Source of the DNA: Desulfovibrionaceae bacterium
GTDB lineage: Bacteria; Desulfobacterota; Desulfovibrionia; Desulfovibrionales; Desulfovibrionaceae
DNA: 64,000 nt
Assembly: GCA_963665185.2 (NCBI GenBank)
Contig: CAXXPO010000006.1
Coordinates: 14,156-78,155 of the forward strand
Reading direction: 5' to 3'
Of this stretch, positions 49,769 to 60,349 are shown piece by piece (position 1 is the first letter of the stretch; every line of letters begins with the position of its first letter). A program made the translations under genes and the position numbers. The notes under the pieces are model-generated. The model saw only the letters and a list, made by a program, of their open reading frames with translations. It made no database searches and was not told the origin of the DNA.

Positions 49769-52270
49769 ATGATTGGCATTGTAATCGTTTCGCACAGCCA
49801 GAAACTGGCCGAAGGCGTGATCGAGCTTGCCGGGCAGATGACCCGCGGATCTGTGGCCATGGAAGCCGCAGGCGGAATAGACGATCCGGAGAACCCGATC
49901 GGCACCGACCCCATGAAGGTCATGGCCGCCATCGAATCCGTGGCTGCCGCCTCCGAAGACGGCGTACTGGTCATAATGGACCTGGGCAGCGCACTCATGA
50001 GCGCGGAAACCGCCCTGGATTTTCTGCCGGACGATGTGAGGCAAAAGGTCCTCCTCTGTTCGGCTCCCATCGTGGAAGGAACCATGGCTGCGGCCGTACA
50101 GGCGTCTGTGGGGGCCTCCCTGCAGGAAGCAAGTGCCGAAGCCAATACGGCCCTGGACGTCAAGATCCAACAGCTCGCCCCAGTTACCGGCGAAAGTGTC
50201 CACACTGCGCACAATGCACTGGAAACCGAACATGCAGGCGACGAACTGCAAGTGGAAATGCGCATCGCCAACAAGTTGGGGCTGCATGCCCGACCCGCCG
50301 CCAAGCTGGTGTCCACAGCCGGAAGATTCCAGGCCAACATCCTGATCCGCAAAGGGGAACGATCGGCTTCCGCCAAAAGCATCAACCAGGTGGCTCTGCT
50401 TTCGGTCAAGCAGGGGGAGGACATCACCGTAACCGTTTCCGGCCCCGATGCACGGCAGGCCATCGACGCCCTGGTGGAACTGCATAAGGACAATTTCGGA
50501 GAACGGGACGAAGACATGGTTCAGGCCCCCTTGCAAGCCCCTGCCGGTGCCCGGACAGCGGACGGCCTCCTTGGCGGAATTCCGGCCTCCGGCGGGTATG
50601 CAGTGGGCACGGCGTATGTCCACAAGGCGACGCTTCCCAAAATCGAACGCAAGGAAATCGCCTCCCCTGAAAAGGAAACTGTACGGCTGGATCAGGCAAT
50701 CGAGACCGCCCTTGCAGACATCGAAGCCTTGCAGCGGGAAACGGAAAAGACTTCCGGCAAGACCAATGCGGCCATCTTCGAGGTCCATGCCATGATCCTC
50801 GGCGATCAGGATATGCGGGACAAGGCCGTCGCCGTTCTTTCCTCGGAAAAAGTGAATGCCGAATTTGCCTGGCTCGAGACCATGAACAAGCTGGCACAGG
50901 ACTACCGCAATCTCGACGACACCTACATGCAGGCCCGCGCAGCCGATGTCCTGGACTGCGGGGGGCGCGTATTGCGCATACTCGCCGGAGAAAGGGAACA
51001 GGGCATACATCTTGAGGAAAAATCCATTCTCGTTGCCCACGACCTTACCCCGTCGGCCGTTGCCGGACTGGATTCGGACATGGTCATGGGAGTGATCACC
51101 GAAGTGGGCGGGGCAACCTCCCATACGGCCATTCTTTCGCGCTCCATGGGTATTCCCGCCGTCATCGGCGTTGGAAAAGGCATTGAGCAGATAACGCCCG
51201 GAAAAATCGTCGCCATGGACGGTTTCACAGGAACGATCCAAATCGATCCAGACCAATCCGCCATTGACTCGGCCGAGAAAAAACGAACCGCCTGGCATGC
51301 CGAACGCGAAACAGCCAAGGCCAAAGGAACCGCCCCCGCCAGAACTCTGGATGGCCGGGACATCATGGTCATGGGAAATATCGGCATTCCGGCGGATGCC
51401 CCGCGCGCCCGTGAATTCGGGGCGGAAGGTGTGGGCCTTTTCCGCACCGAGTTTCTTTTCCTGGACAGGGAAGAGGCCCCGGACGAAGACGAACAATTTG
51501 CAGCCTACGTGGATGCCGCCAAAGCCATGCAGGGAAGCCCGGTCATCATCCGCACGTTGGATATCGGCGGCGATAAGCCGGTCAAATATCTGGACACGCC
51601 CAGAGAGGACAACCCCTTTCTGGGAGAACGCGGCGTACGCTTCTGCATGGCCCGGCCGGACCTGTTCCGCGTCCAGCTGCGCGCCTTGCTCCGCGCCGCA
51701 AGCCAAGAACGCATCTGGATCATGTACCCCATGATTTCGGATGCTGACGAGCTTTCCAATGTGCTGCACTTCCAGGCGCAGGTCCGGGAGGAACTCCTCA
51801 AGAACGGAGTGAAAATTTCGGACAGGATCAAAACCGGGATAATGATCGAAGTTCCGGCGGCGGTGGCTGTGGCCGACAAACTTGCCGCACTCAGCGACTT
51901 CTTCAGCATCGGAACCAACGACCTGACGCAGTACGTCATGGCGGCGGACAGGGGCAACACGGCTGTTTCCAAACTGTGCGACAGCCTCAACCCCGCCGTG
52001 CTGCGCATGATTGCCATGACCTGCAGCGCCGCCAAATCCGCCGGTATCGAGGTGGGCATGTGCGGAGAACTGGCCGGCAACGTCCGGGCCGTTCCCCTGC
52101 TTTTGGGGCTGGGCCTGGAAGAGCTGAGCATGAACGCGCCCGCTATTCCCGATGTGAAGGAAGCCATTCGCTCCGTCACCATGGACGACTGCACCGCCCT
52201 GGCACAAAAGGCACTGGCGGCGGGTTCCGGGGATGAGGTTCGTGAACTTCTGAAATACTCCGGCGAATGA
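49769..52270 (+). CDS. dhaM: DhaM-type EIIA(Man) + HPr + full-length Enzyme I (PEP-protein phosphotransferase) fusion
   Basis: N-terminus MIGIVIVSHS...DLGSA (EIIA-Man/DhaM). HPr-like GLHARPAAKLV. EI motifs GGATSHTAILSRSMGIPAV, FRTEFLF, FFSIGTNDLTQY, CGELAG. Start at ATG 49769. Confidence 0.88.
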   Translation: MIGIVIVSHSQKLAEGVIELAGQMTRGSVAMEAAGGIDDPENPIGTDPMKVMAAIESVAAASEDGVLVIMDLGSALMSAETALDFLPDDVRQKVLLCSAPIVEGTMAAAVQASVGASLQEASAEANTALDVKIQQLAPVTGESVHTAHNALETEHAGDELQVEMRIANKLGLHARPAAKLVSTAGRFQANILIRKGERSASAKSINQVALLSVKQGEDITVTVSGPDARQAIDALVELHKDNFGERDEDMVQAPLQAPAGARTADGLLGGIPASGGYAVGTAYVHKATLPKIERKEIASPEKETVRLDQAIETALADIEALQRETEKTSGKTNAAIFEVHAMILGDQDMRDKAVAVLSSEKVNAEFAWLETMNKLAQDYRNLDDTYMQARAADVLDCGGRVLRILAGEREQGIHLEEKSILVAHDLTPSAVAGLDSDMVMGVITEVGGATSHTAILSRSMGIPAVIGVGKGIEQITPGKIVAMDGFTGTIQIDPDQSAIDSAEKKRTAWHAERETAKAKGTAPARTLDGRDIMVMGNIGIPADAPRAREFGAEGVGLFRTEFLFLDREEAPDEDEQFAAYVDAAKAMQGSPVIIRTLDIGGDKPVKYLDTPREDNPFLGERGVRFCMARPDLFRVQLRALLRAASQERIWIMYPMISDADELSNVLHFQAQVREELLKNGVKISDRIKTGIMIEVPAAVAVADKLAALSDFFSIGTNDLTQYVMAADRGNTAVSKLCDSLNPAVLRMIAMTCSAAKSAGIEVGMCGELAGNVRAVPLLLGLGLEELSMNAPAIPDVKEAIRSVTMDDCTALAQKALAAGSGDEVRELLKYSGE

Positions 52271-52303
52271 TTCCGAACAGGACAAAACAGGGAGATTTCC
52301 CAT

Positions 52304-52343
52304 AAAAAAGCCGGCTTTGGGACCGCTCCCCAAAGCCGGCTTC
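52304..52343. terminator. hairpin terminator (T-run only on the minus-strand side)
   Basis: 13-bp perfect stem AGCCGGCTTTGGG/CCCAAAGCCGGCT. An A6 run precedes it on the plus strand. Confidence 0.6.
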
Positions 52344-52692
52344 CTGTAAAAGAAGGAAGGAAGGTTACGCTGATTAGTTCTTAGCAATATGCGGGCCAAA
52401 AGATGGAGACTGTTTTCTTTTTCTTTCTTTTCCTTGCCAGACAAGGGGTTAACGTATTTTTCCTTCCCTCATCCTTACGAATCTCACGGCCTTCCCATGT
52501 ACAAAATATTAAACCGTTTCAGCCAACCTCCCGGAAAGACGGCCTGGGAAGTAAAAAAAATTGAACATGCCCTTTTTCCCGACTCTCCAGACAAAACGCT
52601 TGGATGGTACCGGGAAAGACCGCAGGCAGATCTTTTGCCCGCATGTTCCGGGGAGAGCGACATCCCTCCTCACGAACCAAAGAAAAAACGTG

Positions 52693-53295
52693 TCAGGAGA
52701 AAATGGTGAAACCGGCTTTTTTCAGAGCAGCGGCCGTAACTGCCCCTTGACGCAGGATGCACACCCGGTCCGTGCCCATACACCTCACGACCGTGGACGG
52801 CAGGCCGCCGGAAGGCCAGGGCTTGTCCAGCACGGCCAGGGCCACACGCCCAACAAGGGAGGGGTCGAGTTCCTGCGGCTTACCCGCGCCGGGTTTTCCG
52901 CTGGCATTGGCACTGGTGGCGATAAGAGGGACCCCGGATTCAAGGCATAAGCGCGAGGCAATGGGATGGGCGGTCCAACGCACGGAGGTGAACCCGCGTT
53001 CGTCATGCAATTGGTGGGGCAGTTTTTTTCCTGCGCGAACCAGAATGGACAGTGGTCCGGGCCAAAAATTCCGGGCCAGATGAACCAGAGCCTTGGATAC
53101 CCAGCCCGTGACCATGTCCAGCTGTTCCATACTGCCGACGATCACGGGAAGGGGTTTGTCGGCTGGCCGGCCTTTGATCCGGACTATCTCGTCTGCAACC
53201 CCCTGGTCGAATGCGCTCCCGCCAATGGCATAAAGCGTTTCCGTGGGGTATATGAGACATTTTCCCTGTTTGATTACTTCGGCAGCGTTTTGCAT
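52693..53295 (-). CDS. tsaC: L-threonylcarbamoyladenylate synthase (YrdC/TsaC type)
   Basis: YPTETLYAIGG, RIKGRPADKPLPV, GPLSILV, TSANASGKP. Confidence 0.85.
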   Translation of the reverse strand: MQNAAEVIKQGKCLIYPTETLYAIGGSAFDQGVADEIVRIKGRPADKPLPVIVGSMEQLDMVTGWVSKALVHLARNFWPGPLSILVRAGKKLPHQLHDERGFTSVRWTAHPIASRLCLESGVPLIATSANASGKPGAGKPQELDPSLVGRVALAVLDKPWPSGGLPSTVVRCMGTDRVCILRQGAVTAAALKKAGFTIFS

Positions 53296-53581
53296 GGGCG
53301 CTCTCTCATAAGGTATCCGAAAAAGGCATTGCCGTTTCAACTGCTTTTTTTCGAAGGATCGCTGCGCCGGAAAAATTAATTTCCCGGCTTGCTTCAGCGC
53401 TTTCAGCGGCGCGGCGGTTCTTGTGAACCGTCATTCGTGACATGTCAATGATGTCTGAGGATTTGAAGAACGCGACACTAGCACAGGAGGCAAGGGGCAT
53501 AAAGAGGAAACTCACAAAGCCCACGGTTTACGAGGCACAAAGTACTATACCCTCGCCCATGGAACGCCCCGCAGAGGACGC

Positions 53582-54172
53582 CTAGCGGTTGCTCCATGTC
53601 TCGAACAGGGATTCCATTTCCTCGGGCGAAAGCGTCGGGGAATCGTACATTCCCTTGGCCATACGCTGGCGGAAGGCTTCGTACAAAACCAAGGCGGCAG
53701 CCACGGAAACATTGAAGCTGGGAACCATGCCCATCATGGGAATGTACACTTCTCCATCGGCAGCAGCTTCCAGTTCCGGCCGGATGCCCGAATGTTCATT
53801 GCTCAGGATCACTGCGGTGGGCTTGCTCAGATCCCAGTCGGACAGCGGTTTTGCCCGCTCCGCAAACCCGGTGGTCAGGATGGTCATATCCTGGTGGCGC
53901 AATTGCTCCACAAGACTTCCGGCTTCGGAATGACGGTTTCGCTCAACCCATTTCAGGGCCGAGGCCGAGGACTTCCTGCCCAGTTGTGGAAAGGCCGACG
54001 TGGTGTAATACAAGTGCACCTGCCCCACGCCGAAGGCGTCGCAGGAACGCAGTATGGCCGAAACATTGTGCGGATCCCACACATTGTCGATAACCAGGGT
54101 GAAATCCTTCTGGCGTTTCTCCAGAACCTGTCTGATCCGCTTTTTTCTTTGGTCTGAAATAACTTCGCGCAT
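53582..54172 (-). CDS. SpoU/TrmH-family RNA 2'-O-methyltransferase
   Basis: DPHNVSAILRSCDAFGV and LSNEHSGI ... IPMMGMVPSFNVSVAAA are SpoU motifs. Confidence 0.82.
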   Translation of the reverse strand: MREVISDQRKKRIRQVLEKRQKDFTLVIDNVWDPHNVSAILRSCDAFGVGQVHLYYTTSAFPQLGRKSSASALKWVERNRHSEAGSLVEQLRHQDMTILTTGFAERAKPLSDWDLSKPTAVILSNEHSGIRPELEAAADGEVYIPMMGMVPSFNVSVAAALVLYEAFRQRMAKGMYDSPTLSPEEMESLFETWSNR

Positions 54173-54272
54173 GGTGCGCGTTGTATAGCAGATGTTTCCG
54201 GCAGGCAAGCCGACGGCCCGCCTCACCGGAAAACAATAAAAAACAGTCCTGCGTCCCTTGATGAAAAACGCC

Positions 54273-55280
54273 TCAGCAGATACGCGGCAACTGCTCGCCT
54301 TCCAACATGTTCATCAGCCGTTTGCCGCCAAGCGGAGTCTGCAGCACGGTCTTGCCGGGATTTTCCTCGGTCATGCTTCCGATGCGGCAGGCGTTGCTCC
54401 CGAGCTCGTCGGCGCGCATGATCGCCAGGGCCTGCTCGGCCTTGTCCTCGGGAAGAATGCACAGGAACTTGCCTTCGTTGGCAAGGTAGAGCGGATCCAA
54501 CCCCAAAAAGGAACACCCCGACCGCACTGCATCGGTGATGGGCAGCAGGGATTCTTCGATAAGACAGCCGCAGCCGGACTTTTCCGTGATTTCATTGATG
54601 GTGGTAGCCAGTCCGCCCCGGGTGGGGTCGCGCAGCACGTGAATTTCCGGGATGGCCCGTACCAGTTTCAGCAGCAGGTGGTTCAAAGCCGCGGAATCGC
54701 TCTGCACCGGCGCTTCAAAGTTCAGCCCTTCACGATACGAAAGAATGGTCAGACCATGGTCGCCCATGGTTCCGCTGACCAGCAGGGCATCGCCGGGACG
54801 AGCACGATCCGCACTGGGCGAAGGATCGACAACAATAGGGCCTATGCCCGTGGTGTTGATGAAAATCTTGTCCACCGCCCCTCTGGGCACGACCTTGGTA
54901 TCGCCGGTCACGATCTCCACTCCGGCATGTCGGGCGGCCGCGGCCATGGACACCACTATGCGTTCCAGGTCGGCCATGGGCAGCCCCTCCTCAATGATGA
55001 AGCCGCAGGTGAGATATTTCGGCTCCGCCCCCAGCATGGCCACGTCGTTGACCGTGCCGTGCACGGCCAGGGAGCCGATGTCGCCGCCCGGAAAAAAGAT
55101 AGGGTCCACCGTGAAGCTGTCCGTGGACATGGCCAGAGGCCCGGACAGTTCGATGCGGGCCGCATCGTTGAGGCGGTTGAGTTCCGGGTTGTCGAAATTG
55201 CGCACAAACAGTTCGCTGACCAGCCGCTGTGATGCCCGGCCTCCACTGCCATAGTCCAAAAGAACCTTTGTCTCGCTCAT
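54273..55280 (-). CDS. hypE: hydrogenase maturation protein HypE
   Basis: AIR-synthase-like fold motifs and the C-terminal PRIC. Confidence 0.9.
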   Translation of the reverse strand: MSETKVLLDYGSGGRASQRLVSELFVRNFDNPELNRLNDAARIELSGPLAMSTDSFTVDPIFFPGGDIGSLAVHGTVNDVAMLGAEPKYLTCGFIIEEGLPMADLERIVVSMAAAARHAGVEIVTGDTKVVPRGAVDKIFINTTGIGPIVVDPSPSADRARPGDALLVSGTMGDHGLTILSYREGLNFEAPVQSDSAALNHLLLKLVRAIPEIHVLRDPTRGGLATTINEITEKSGCGCLIEESLLPITDAVRSGCSFLGLDPLYLANEGKFLCILPEDKAEQALAIMRADELGSNACRIGSMTEENPGKTVLQTPLGGKRLMNMLEGEQLPRIC

Positions 55281-55406
55281 GATCGGAACCTCTGCTTCAT
55301 ATCGCCCCAGGATGGCGGCGGGTGATTCAAAATGAAAGACGGGCTGCAACGGCAGCCGGAACACCACACACGCGGACGGTTTGAAGGCCCCTCCGCGAGT
55401 TTCCAG

Positions 55407-56492
55407 CTATTCCGTGGAATACTTGTAATACGCGGCGCAGGACCCTTCCGTGGAAACCATGCACGGCCCCACGGGGTTGGCCGGAGTGCACGCCTTGCGG
55501 AACAGGGGGCACTGGTTGGGCCGCATCTTGCCCTTGAGCACTTCGCCGCACATGCACCCCTTGATGGGCTGCACATCGTTGAGTTCCAGCCCCAACGCCC
55601 GCAATGCGTCAAAGTCCCGATAGGCTTCTGAAAAAACAAGGCCGCTGCCGGGAATCCTGCCTATGCCCCGCCACAAGGCGTCGGAAGGGGAAAAAACCTC
55701 GTTCATTATGGCAATGGCCGTGGGATTGCCGTTCTCGGCAACCACGCGGGTGTACTGGTTGGCCACCCGGGGGGCACCGGAATTCTTCATGCGCACCAGC
55801 ATGAGCAGGGATTGCAGGATGTCCGAAGGTTCGAATCCGCCGACAACGGCGGGAAGTTTGTATTCATCGGCCAGAAAGGCATACGGGGGCAGGCCGATTA
55901 CGGCAGAAACATGGCCCGGCAGAATGAATCCTTCGATATTCATATCCGAATCGTCCAGGAGCACGCGCAGGGCCGGAGGAACCAGCTTGTGGAAAGACAG
56001 CACCTTGAAATTCGTCAGGCCCCGTTCCCGTGCGGTCTTGACCGTGGCGGCAATGGCCGGAGCCGTGGTTTCAAATCCCACACCGATGAAGACCACGGTG
56101 TCGCCGGGGTTGTCCCCGGCCAGGTCGAGCGCGTCAAAAGGCGAATAGACCACCTTGATCCGCGCCCCTTCGGCCTGGGCGGTCTTGAGATTCAATCCTC
56201 CGGGGCCGGGAACCTTCATCAGGTCGCCGAACGTGGCCAGGATGACCTTGTCCATGGCGGCAATCCGCAGATAGGCGTCCACCTCCGCATCGTGGGTGAC
56301 GCACACCGGACAGCCCGGCCCGGTAAGATGGGTGACGTTTCCGGGCAGCAGGGAATGCAGTCCGCTCTGAAAAATGGAAACCGTATGGGTTCCACAGACT
56401 TCCATGAATTTAAAGCCTGTACATTCCTGTTCCAGGTGACGCAACAGGCCCTTGCAAAGCTCCGGATCTCTGAAGGAGTCGAAGAGGCTCAC
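55407..56492 (-). CDS. hypD: hydrogenase maturation protein HypD
   Basis: FMEVCGTHT and GPGCPVCVT motifs. GTG 56492 lies behind AAGGCGG. Confidence 0.9.
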   Translation of the reverse strand: MSLFDSFRDPELCKGLLRHLEQECTGFKFMEVCGTHTVSIFQSGLHSLLPGNVTHLTGPGCPVCVTHDAEVDAYLRIAAMDKVILATFGDLMKVPGPGGLNLKTAQAEGARIKVVYSPFDALDLAGDNPGDTVVFIGVGFETTAPAIAATVKTARERGLTNFKVLSFHKLVPPALRVLLDDSDMNIEGFILPGHVSAVIGLPPYAFLADEYKLPAVVGGFEPSDILQSLLMLVRMKNSGAPRVANQYTRVVAENGNPTAIAIMNEVFSPSDALWRGIGRIPGSGLVFSEAYRDFDALRALGLELNDVQPIKGCMCGEVLKGKMRPNQCPLFRKACTPANPVGPCMVSTEGSCAAYYKYSTE

Positions 56493-56744
56493 GGACAACC
56501 GCCTTGTTTTTCGTTGTACAACGGGGTATGCGCCTGGGCGCGAAGTCCGGGCACAATATCCCCGCCCCGCCATTTTTGCAAATAGACCACCCCATGGCTA
56601 TTTGCCTGAAAAAAGGATATAAGAACTCCGGCATCTTTGAACACTCTCGGAGCATCCCGACGCCGCACCACGATGTCGGCGCACGGACGATGCTTTTTCC
56701 GAAATATCGCCGAAAAGAATTGGCCACCGCGACACAGGTTCTCC

Positions 56745-57398
56745 ATGCAGCAATCCCAACAAAACAACTATCAAGGCTCCCTCACGCGCTACGGCGAGAC
56801 ACAGGCCTCAATCTGCCCGTTTGCCAGTGTGCCGGACGCAGGCTGGCACGTTCCCGACGACGAGGAGTGCCTGGCCTTGTGGGACCGCTATTCCATGCCC
56901 GCACACATCCGGGAGCATAGCCTGGCCGTGGCCCATGTGGCCAGAGTAATGGCCCTCCGCGCCAGGGACCTGGGGCATGAAGTCGACGTGCAACTGACCT
57001 ATGCCAGCGGCCTGCTGCACGACATCGCCAAAATTTACACCATCGAACACGGTGGCAGCCATGCCCAGATCGGCGCGGCCTGGATGGTGGAAGCCACGGG
57101 CAATCCCCTTCTGGGACAGGCCGTGGCGCACCATGTATACTGGCCTTTCGAACTCGACGCCCACCGCCACTTTCTGCCGATGGCCATCATCTATGCGGAC
57201 AAACGGGTCATGCACAACAATATAGTTTCCGTGGGCAGGCGTTTCACCGACTTGCTGGAACGCTACGGCAAAACCGACGAGCTCAAAGCAAAAATAATGC
57301 TCAACCTGGAGCAAACCCTGGCCCTGCAAAAATGTCTCGGCACATACCTCGAGGTGAATCTCAATGCATATACTTTTGATAGCGGGCGGATGGTCTGA
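56745..57398 (+). CDS. HD-domain phosphohydrolase
   Basis: HSLAVAHVA...GLLHDIAK motif. Start reset to ATG 56745. Confidence 0.75.
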   Translation: MQQSQQNNYQGSLTRYGETQASICPFASVPDAGWHVPDDEECLALWDRYSMPAHIREHSLAVAHVARVMALRARDLGHEVDVQLTYASGLLHDIAKIYTIEHGGSHAQIGAAWMVEATGNPLLGQAVAHHVYWPFELDAHRHFLPMAIIYADKRVMHNNIVSVGRRFTDLLERYGKTDELKAKIMLNLEQTLALQKCLGTYLEVNLNAYTFDSGRMV

Positions 57399-58287
57399 AG
57401 AACGGGCAGTATCCCTGTCCGGCGGCAAACAGATTGAAACCGCACTGCAACGGCTTGGGCACACAATTACCCGGCTCGATCCCCAGAAAGACCTGGCCCG
57501 TTTCATGGAGCTGGCCACAAAACACGACTTCGCCTTCATCAACCTGCATGGTTCCCCCGGTGAGGACGGCCTGTTCCAGGCCATGCTGGAGGAAGCGGGC
57601 TGTCCCTACCAGGGAGCCAGCCCAAAGGCATCCTTTCTGTCGCTGAACAAGGCCGCTGCCAAATTAATTTACGAAACCAGCGGACTGCCAACGCCCGCCT
57701 GGGATTTCCTTCCCGCCCCGCCGAACAACGGATGGACCCCGGCCCTGAATTTCCCTGTCATCGTCAAGCCCAATGACGGAGGATCCAGCATCGGCATGAG
57801 CATCGTGCGTTCGCCCGAGGCCCTGCCTGCCGCGCTCAAGATAGTTTTCGACGCGGGCAAGGAGGCGCTGGTGGAGGAACTGGTGCAGGGAATTGAAATG
57901 ACCTGCGCCGTACTGGGCGACGAGGCTCTGCCCCCCATTCTCATCAAGCCCAACCTGTGCACCGACTTTTTCGACTACGCCAGCAAATACGAGCAGGGCG
58001 GGGCCGACGAAATATGCCCCGCACCGGTGGCCCAGGAGCTGAACCACCAAATAATGGACATGGCCCTGAAAGCGCACCGCGCCCTGGGAATCGACGGGTA
58101 CAGCCGTACGGATTTCATGGTTCGCTCGGGCCGGGAACCTTTGTGCATCGAAACCAACACCCTGCCCGGCATGACTCCCACCAGCCTGGTTCCCAAGGCC
58201 GCGGCCGCCACAGGCATGTCCTTTGACGACCTCATTGCCCGACTTATCGAACTGGGAATGAAAAAACACGGAAGAAAAAACGCCTGA
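57364..58287 (+). CDS. ddl: D-alanine--D-alanine ligase
   Basis: ILLIAGGWSEERAVSLSGG, FINLHGSPGEDG, VIVKPNDGGSSIG, ETNTLPGMT. Confidence 0.92.
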   Translation: MHILLIAGGWSEERAVSLSGGKQIETALQRLGHTITRLDPQKDLARFMELATKHDFAFINLHGSPGEDGLFQAMLEEAGCPYQGASPKASFLSLNKAAAKLIYETSGLPTPAWDFLPAPPNNGWTPALNFPVIVKPNDGGSSIGMSIVRSPEALPAALKIVFDAGKEALVEELVQGIEMTCAVLGDEALPPILIKPNLCTDFFDYASKYEQGGADEICPAPVAQELNHQIMDMALKAHRALGIDGYSRTDFMVRSGREPLCIETNTLPGMTPTSLVPKAAAATGMSFDDLIARLIELGMKKHGRKNA

Positions 58288-59612
58288 TGTCCTGCCGAAC
58301 GCTTTGCCTGATGCAGCATGCCTATGACTGGGCCTGGAAAGCCGCCAGTCCCCTTTTGGGACGCAACAAGCGGCTGCGCCAGGGCATGGAACAACGCAGG
58401 CTGCACACCCCCCTGCCCCATGCAGATGTCTGGATGCAGGCGGCCAGTGCGGGCGAGGCGTATCTGGCCGTGCGCATCTGCCAGGAACTTGCACGGCGTG
58501 GCCTCCCCGAGGTCTGCTCCACAGGATTATCCGTTCTGGTCACCACCAACACCAGCCAAGGGTTCGACATCCTGAACTCCGCCATAACGGACGGCAGCAT
58601 CGCGGCCAAGGCCGCGTACTGCCCATTCGACGCACCTTCGCTCATGGGCCGGGCCTTGGACATGGTAAGGCCCGCCGCAGTGGTCCTGCTGGAAACCGAA
58701 CTCTGGCCCGGCCTGCTTCTGGCCTGCCGCGACCGCGATATTCCCGTGCTGGTGGCCAACGGCCGCATGTCCAGCAGAAGCTTTGCCCATTACCTGGCCT
58801 TTTCCGGACTGCTGGACCGCATTGGGCCGCAACGCATCCTGGCCATGTCGGACAAGGACGCGCAACGTTTCGGCCTGGTCTTTCCCAGTGCTCGGACCGA
58901 CGCCATGGCCAATGTAAAATTCGACAACGTGGCGGAAACGGCTGCCCGTCCCAGCCTGGGGTATACGGAAAATCCTGCTGCCGGCGCCATTGCGCCCAAG
59001 GCTCCCTTCGCAGTTTTCGGCTCGGTACGCCGCGAAGAACGGACAGAGGTCGTCCGGGCCGCCCAAAGTCTGCTGCAACGCAGGCCCCGGACCGTCATCG
59101 GTCTGTTTCCCCGGCATATGCACCATGTACCGAATTGGACCGCAGGCTTGGAACAGCAAGGCATCCCGCACGTTCTGCGCTCGCAGCTCCAAGGCCGCGC
59201 TCCGCAAGGAAGCGTGGTTGTCTGGGACGTGTTCGGCGAACTGGGCGCGGCCTATCACCTGGCGCGGGCCGTCTTTGTGGGGGGAAGTCTCGCCCCTCTG
59301 GGCGGACAGAACTTTCTCGAACCCCTCAGTGCAGGCATCATCCCGGTGACAGGTCCGCATTGGCGGAATTTCGAATGGGTGGGGCACGACATTGTGGATC
59401 AGGGACTCCTGCTGCAAGCCGAAAGCCCGGACGACGTGGCGGAAATCCTGGCCGGACAGTTGGCGCGTCCCCGCAAAAAAAGCGCCGTGCGCAAGGATTT
59501 CATGAACTATGTGACAGCCCGTCGAGGCGGCGCGGCCCAAGCAGCCCGAGCCATTGCCCGACTTGTCTCCCCCCAAAAAACAGTTTCCCCGAAAACAGGA
59601 GAGCTTTCTTGA
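58287..59612 (+). CDS. waaA: 3-deoxy-D-manno-octulosonic acid (Kdo) transferase
   Basis: W.QAASAGE N-terminal motif and a GT30-like C-terminus [14 protein letters not shown]. Confidence 0.85.
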   Translation: MSCRTLCLMQHAYDWAWKAASPLLGRNKRLRQGMEQRRLHTPLPHADVWMQAASAGEAYLAVRICQELARRGLPEVCSTGLSVLVTTNTSQGFDILNSAITDGSIAAKAAYCPFDAPSLMGRALDMVRPAAVVLLETELWPGLLLACRDRDIPVLVANGRMSSRSFAHYLAFSGLLDRIGPQRILAMSDKDAQRFGLVFPSARTDAMANVKFDNVAETAARPSLGYTENPAAGAIAPKAPFAVFGSVRREERTEVVRAAQSLLQRRPRTVIGLFPRHMHHVPNWTAGLEQQGIPHVLRSQLQGRAPQGSVVVWDVFGELGAAYHLARAVFVGGSLAPLGGQNFLEPLSAGIIPVTGPHWRNFEWVGHDIVDQGLLLQAESPDDVAEILAGQLARPRKKSAVRKDFMNYVTARRGGAAQAARAIARLVSPQKTVSPKTGELS

Positions 59613-59617
59613 GTTCC

Positions 59618-60349
59618 ATGCCCCGCTGCCACGGCATCGTGCCCGCCCGTTACGCATCATCGCGTTTTCCCGGAAAGCCCCTGGTGGAAATCCTGGGAAA
59701 GCCCATGTTCTGGCACGTCTGCATCCGGGCCATGCGTTGCCCCGAACTGCAAAGCGTCCATCTGGCAACAGACGACGAACGAATTCTCCAGGCCGCACGC
59801 GCGCTGGACATCCCCGTGCTCATGACAGCACCGGACCATCCAAGCGGCACGGACCGCATTCATGAAGCAGCCTGCGCACTGGGTCTCGGCGGTTCCGACG
59901 TGGTGGTCAACATCCAGGGCGACGAACCCGCCCTGGCTCCGGCCATGCTCTCGCAACTGCTGGCTCCCTTTACCGATCCGACGGTCTGCGCGACCACCCT
60001 GGCCCACCGCATCCCCCCCGAAAGGGCCAAAATTTACGATCAGGTCAAAGTTGTCTGGACGAACCAGGGGGATGCGTTGTACTTTTCCAGGTCGGTCATT
60101 CCGCATGGAGCGGAAGCCGACCAGCCGATCTGGGGGCACATCGGCATGTATGCCTACCGTTTTGCAACCCTGGAACGGTTCACCTCGCTTGCACCGGGAA
60201 CACTGGAACAATGCGAACGGCTGGAGCAGCTCCGGCTGCTGGAAAACGGAATCCCCATCCGGGTTGTTCCCACAGAATATACCACGCGGGGCGTGGACAG
60301 ACCTTCGGATATAGAAGCTGTCCAGTCCCTCATGACGGAGAATTCATAG
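59618..60349 (+). CDS. kdsB: 3-deoxy-manno-octulosonate cytidylyltransferase
   Basis: [30 protein letters not shown]. Confidence 0.9.
   Translation: MPRCHGIVPARYASSRFPGKPLVEILGKPMFWHVCIRAMRCPELQSVHLATDDERILQAARALDIPVLMTAPDHPSGTDRIHEAACALGLGGSDVVVNIQGDEPALAPAMLSQLLAPFTDPTVCATTLAHRIPPERAKIYDQVKVVWTNQGDALYFSRSVIPHGAEADQPIWGHIGMYAYRFATLERFTSLAPGTLEQCERLEQLRLLENGIPIRVVPTEYTTRGVDRPSDIEAVQSLMTENS

Noticed and set aside
49715-52444. 909-aa ORF antisense to dhaM-HPr-EI. The same reasoning covers 36453..38177, 38200..39528, 14295..15770, 42665..44209, 21218..22306, 25502..26473, 58527..59798, 60344..61417 and 9514..10266.
   Set aside because: All of these lie opposite genes with strong family motifs, lack an RBS, and have antisense-type composition.
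52389-52709. 106-aa plus-strand ORF in the dhaM-tsaC spacer
   Set aside because: It has no RBS, it runs through a pyrimidine tract, and it ends inside tsaC on the opposite strand.
56493-56640. Possible hypC in the spacer upstream of hypD (the 92-aa and 105-aa ORFs)
   Set aside because: Neither frame shows the MCLAIP N-terminus or the HypC beta-barrel pattern, and neither has an RBS.
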